Assembly: GCA_902524235.1 (NCBI GenBank)
Contig: CABZCF010000004.1
Location: 4,788-68,787 of the forward strand
DNA: 64,000 nt
Direction of reading: 5' to 3'
Source of the DNA: an uncultured Pelagibacteraceae bacterium
Lineage (GTDB): Bacteria > Pseudomonadota > Alphaproteobacteria > Pelagibacterales > Pelagibacteraceae
Both the position numbers and the translations under genes were made by a program. How positions within the stretch are numbered: the stretch's first letter is position 1; the number at the start of each line of letters is the position of its first letter. The notes under the pieces are model-generated. The model had not been told where the DNA came from and made no database searches. It saw nothing but the letters and a program-made list of their open reading frames with translations. Shown here piece after piece: positions 61,826-64,000 of the stretch.

Positions 61826-62495
61826 TTTCCTAGCTCATATTTTAGTTGTAGATGACGACGATGGTATAAGAAAACTTGTCAAACAGTTTTTAAATGAAAA
61901 TAATTACTTAGTAACAACTGCACAAAGTTCAGAGGAAGCTCAAAACAAAATAAAGATTATTGAATTCGATCTAATTGTACTCGACATTATGATGTCTGGA
62001 AAAAGTGGTTTAGAGTTTTTAATAGAAAATAAAAAAAATATTGATACACCTGTTATACTTTTGACTGCAAGAGGAGAGTCTGGTGATAGAATTAGAGGAT
62101 TTGAAAGTGGTGCAGACGATTATCTTCCTAAACCGTTTGAACCGAAGGAGCTGATACTAAGAATAAAAAGTATATTAAACAGGACAAAGAGTAAAAAATC
62201 TAAACACTTGGCAGAGTTTGAAAATATTAAAATTGATTTAAATAAGCTTTTTATATTTAAAAATAATAAACAATATAAAATAAACAATACAGAAAAAATA
62301 ATTCTTAAAAAAATGATAAATTCACCAGGTAAGACATTATCTAGAGAATTGATAGGTAATCTGATTAAAATAGACAAAGAAAGGTCTGTCGATGTCATTA
62401 TTACAAGATTAAGAAAAAAAATTGAAGATGATCCTAAAAACCCAAAATATTTACAAACTATAAGAGGTAAAGGTTATGTTTTATGGATTGATTAA
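61818..62495 (+). CDS. OmpR-family response regulator
   Basis: VVDDD, LDIMM, GADDYLPKPF and LQTIRGKGY motifs. Confidence 0.95.
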   Translation: MNNFLAHILVVDDDDGIRKLVKQFLNENNYLVTTAQSSEEAQNKIKIIEFDLIVLDIMMSGKSGLEFLIENKKNIDTPVILLTARGESGDRIRGFESGADDYLPKPFEPKELILRIKSILNRTKSKKSKHLAEFENIKIDLNKLFIFKNNKQYKINNTEKIILKKMINSPGKTLSRELIGNLIKIDKERSVDVIITRLRKKIEDDPKNPKYLQTIRGKGYVLWID

Positions 62496-63789
62496 ATCAA
62501 TAAAAAAAATTTTACCTAAGCAATTATTTTACCGAGGACTTTTAATTGTCGCTATACCTATAATTATTTTACAAGTAACAATTACACTTGTTTTTTTTGA
62601 TAGTTTATGGATTAAGACCAATAAAGGTATGACCCGAGCACTGGCCTCTGAGCTTAAAACTTTCATAGATGCCTATGATAACGAAAAAACAGACAAAGAT
62701 TTTATAATTGTTTTATACAAAGAAAATTTAGATATAAATATTAAATATAAAGAAAATTTAAAATTACCAATACATAACGACAAAAGATGGTTCAGTCCTA
62801 TTGATAGAACATTAAGACGTGAATTAAAATCTAGAAATTTAAATTATTGGTTTGATACAACATCATATAAACAATTAGTTAATATTAAAATTTCATATGA
62901 AAATGGTTTTTTTGAATTTTTTATTCCTAGAGAAAGACTAACCAGCTCATCTGCCCGAATTTTTGCCTTATGGATAACAGTACCTGCTTTACTTGTTATT
63001 TCTATAGCAATGATCTTTTTGAAAAATCAAACAAGACCAATTTTAAAATTAGCAGAGGCTTCAGAGAAATTTGGAAGAGGTGAAAAAATTGAGGAATTTG
63101 TACCATCTGGTGCTTTAGAAATTAGAAAAGCTGGTTTTGAATTTGAAAAAATGAGAAAAAGGATTATTAGACATTTAACACAGAGATCTGAAATGTTGTC
63201 TGGGATTAGTCATGACCTGAGAACACCACTAACTAGAATTAAATTACAGCTCGCGTTAATTAAGGACAGAAAAATAGCATCAGAATTATCTGATGATGTT
63301 GATGAGATGGAAAAAATGTTAAATGAATATCTTCAATTTGCTAAAACTGGGGCAGAAGAAAAAACACAGAAATTTAATTTTAAAGTGTTAATTTCATCTC
63401 TTTTAGACAAATATGATAATCCAGATATTACACTTGAGAGTCCTGAAAATTTAGAGTTTGAAGGAAGAAAAGAACTTTTAAAAAGATGTTTTAATAATTT
63501 AGTTGAAAACTCTTTAAAATACGGAAACAAATTAGCAATAAAAATTGAAATTTTGAGAAAAAATTTTAGGGTTATAATTGATGATAATGGTCCAGGTATT
63601 CCAGAAACTGAATACGAAAATGTTTTTAAACCTTTTTACAAAATAGATAAAAGTAGACAAGACACTAAAAGTAGCGTTGGATTGGGGTTGTCTATATCCT
63701 CTGACATAATTAGATCACATGGGGGAAAAATTGAGTTGAGCAAATCTATATTAGGTGGTTTAAGAGTTATCGTTTCTTTGCCTTCTTAA
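62476..63789 (+). CDS. EnvZ-like sensor histidine kinase
   Basis: Two TMs, HAMP, SHDLRTPL, DDNGPGI and GLGL motifs. Confidence 0.95.
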   Translation: MFYGLIKSIKKILPKQLFYRGLLIVAIPIIILQVTITLVFFDSLWIKTNKGMTRALASELKTFIDAYDNEKTDKDFIIVLYKENLDINIKYKENLKLPIHNDKRWFSPIDRTLRRELKSRNLNYWFDTTSYKQLVNIKISYENGFFEFFIPRERLTSSSARIFALWITVPALLVISIAMIFLKNQTRPILKLAEASEKFGRGEKIEEFVPSGALEIRKAGFEFEKMRKRIIRHLTQRSEMLSGISHDLRTPLTRIKLQLALIKDRKIASELSDDVDEMEKMLNEYLQFAKTGAEEKTQKFNFKVLISSLLDKYDNPDITLESPENLEFEGRKELLKRCFNNLVENSLKYGNKLAIKIEILRKNFRVIIDDNGPGIPETEYENVFKPFYKIDKSRQDTKSSVGLGLSISSDIIRSHGGKIELSKSILGGLRVIVSLPS

Positions 63790-64000
63790 TCTTTTTTTTA
63801 TTTGATTTTGCAAGTTCAATCTCAATTTTCTCAATCCTTTTTCTAAGTATATCTAGATCCTCTTTTCCAACAATTTTCATTTTAAACAAAAATTCGTCTC
63901 TTTTTGACTTACATATATTGATTATCTCAGAATTTAAATCTTTATAGCTATTAATTCCATTCTCAATCAATTTTCCGAATTTTTTTAACAGTTCTTCTGA
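63767..64000 (-). CDS. Small coiled-coil protein, UbiK/BMFP-like (5' end beyond the window)
   Basis: Frame stays open to the window end (SEELLKKFGKLIENG...). KMKIVGKEDLDILRKRIEKIE resembles the BMFP LV.REEFD pattern. Confidence 0.55.
   Translation of the reverse strand, partial: SEELLKKFGKLIENGINSYKDLNSEIINICKSKRDEFLFKMKIVGKEDLDILRKRIEKIEIELAKSNKKKIKKAKKR

Noticed and set aside
154-63530. Many short ORF-track entries antisense or out of frame within long genes (e.g. 154-426, 19585-19941, 37390-37728, 51919-52347)
   Set aside because: They shadow well-supported genes and show no motifs; expected from codon bias in AT-rich DNA.

Overview
A very AT-rich alphaproteobacterial chromosome segment. 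Compact spacing and gene content suggest SAR11/Pelagibacterales (inference). 1-21 kb: ligA (partial), bamD, lpxC and the dcw cluster, with a MurE-MurF fusion, a divergent FtsA and ftsZ placed between mraZ and rsmH, followed by rnpB. 21-23.8 kb: an amidase and mlaA/mlaC. About 23.9-36.3 kb is an integrase-less island bounded by a 41-bp direct repeat of the 5' half of tRNA-Ile(CAT). It carries the main candidate new system: a coupled five-gene operon (CII-like regulator, PrsW protease, PDZ-fused pentameric ligand-gated ion channel, trypsin-like protease with repeated TRG motifs, exported CHAT caspase-like protease). A second exported CHAT protease converges on it, and a divergent unannotated gene encodes a small secreted peptide. 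36.4-64 kb is mostly core: tRNA-Val with a non-canonical elbow, rpoD, dnaG, carAB, an autotransporter, trxB, an aspartate aminotransferase, uvrB (split by a frameshift in an A9 run), folB, uvrC, pgsA, ilvE and a MarR-OmpR-EnvZ-like unit. All calls come from reading motifs by eye; no database searches were run.
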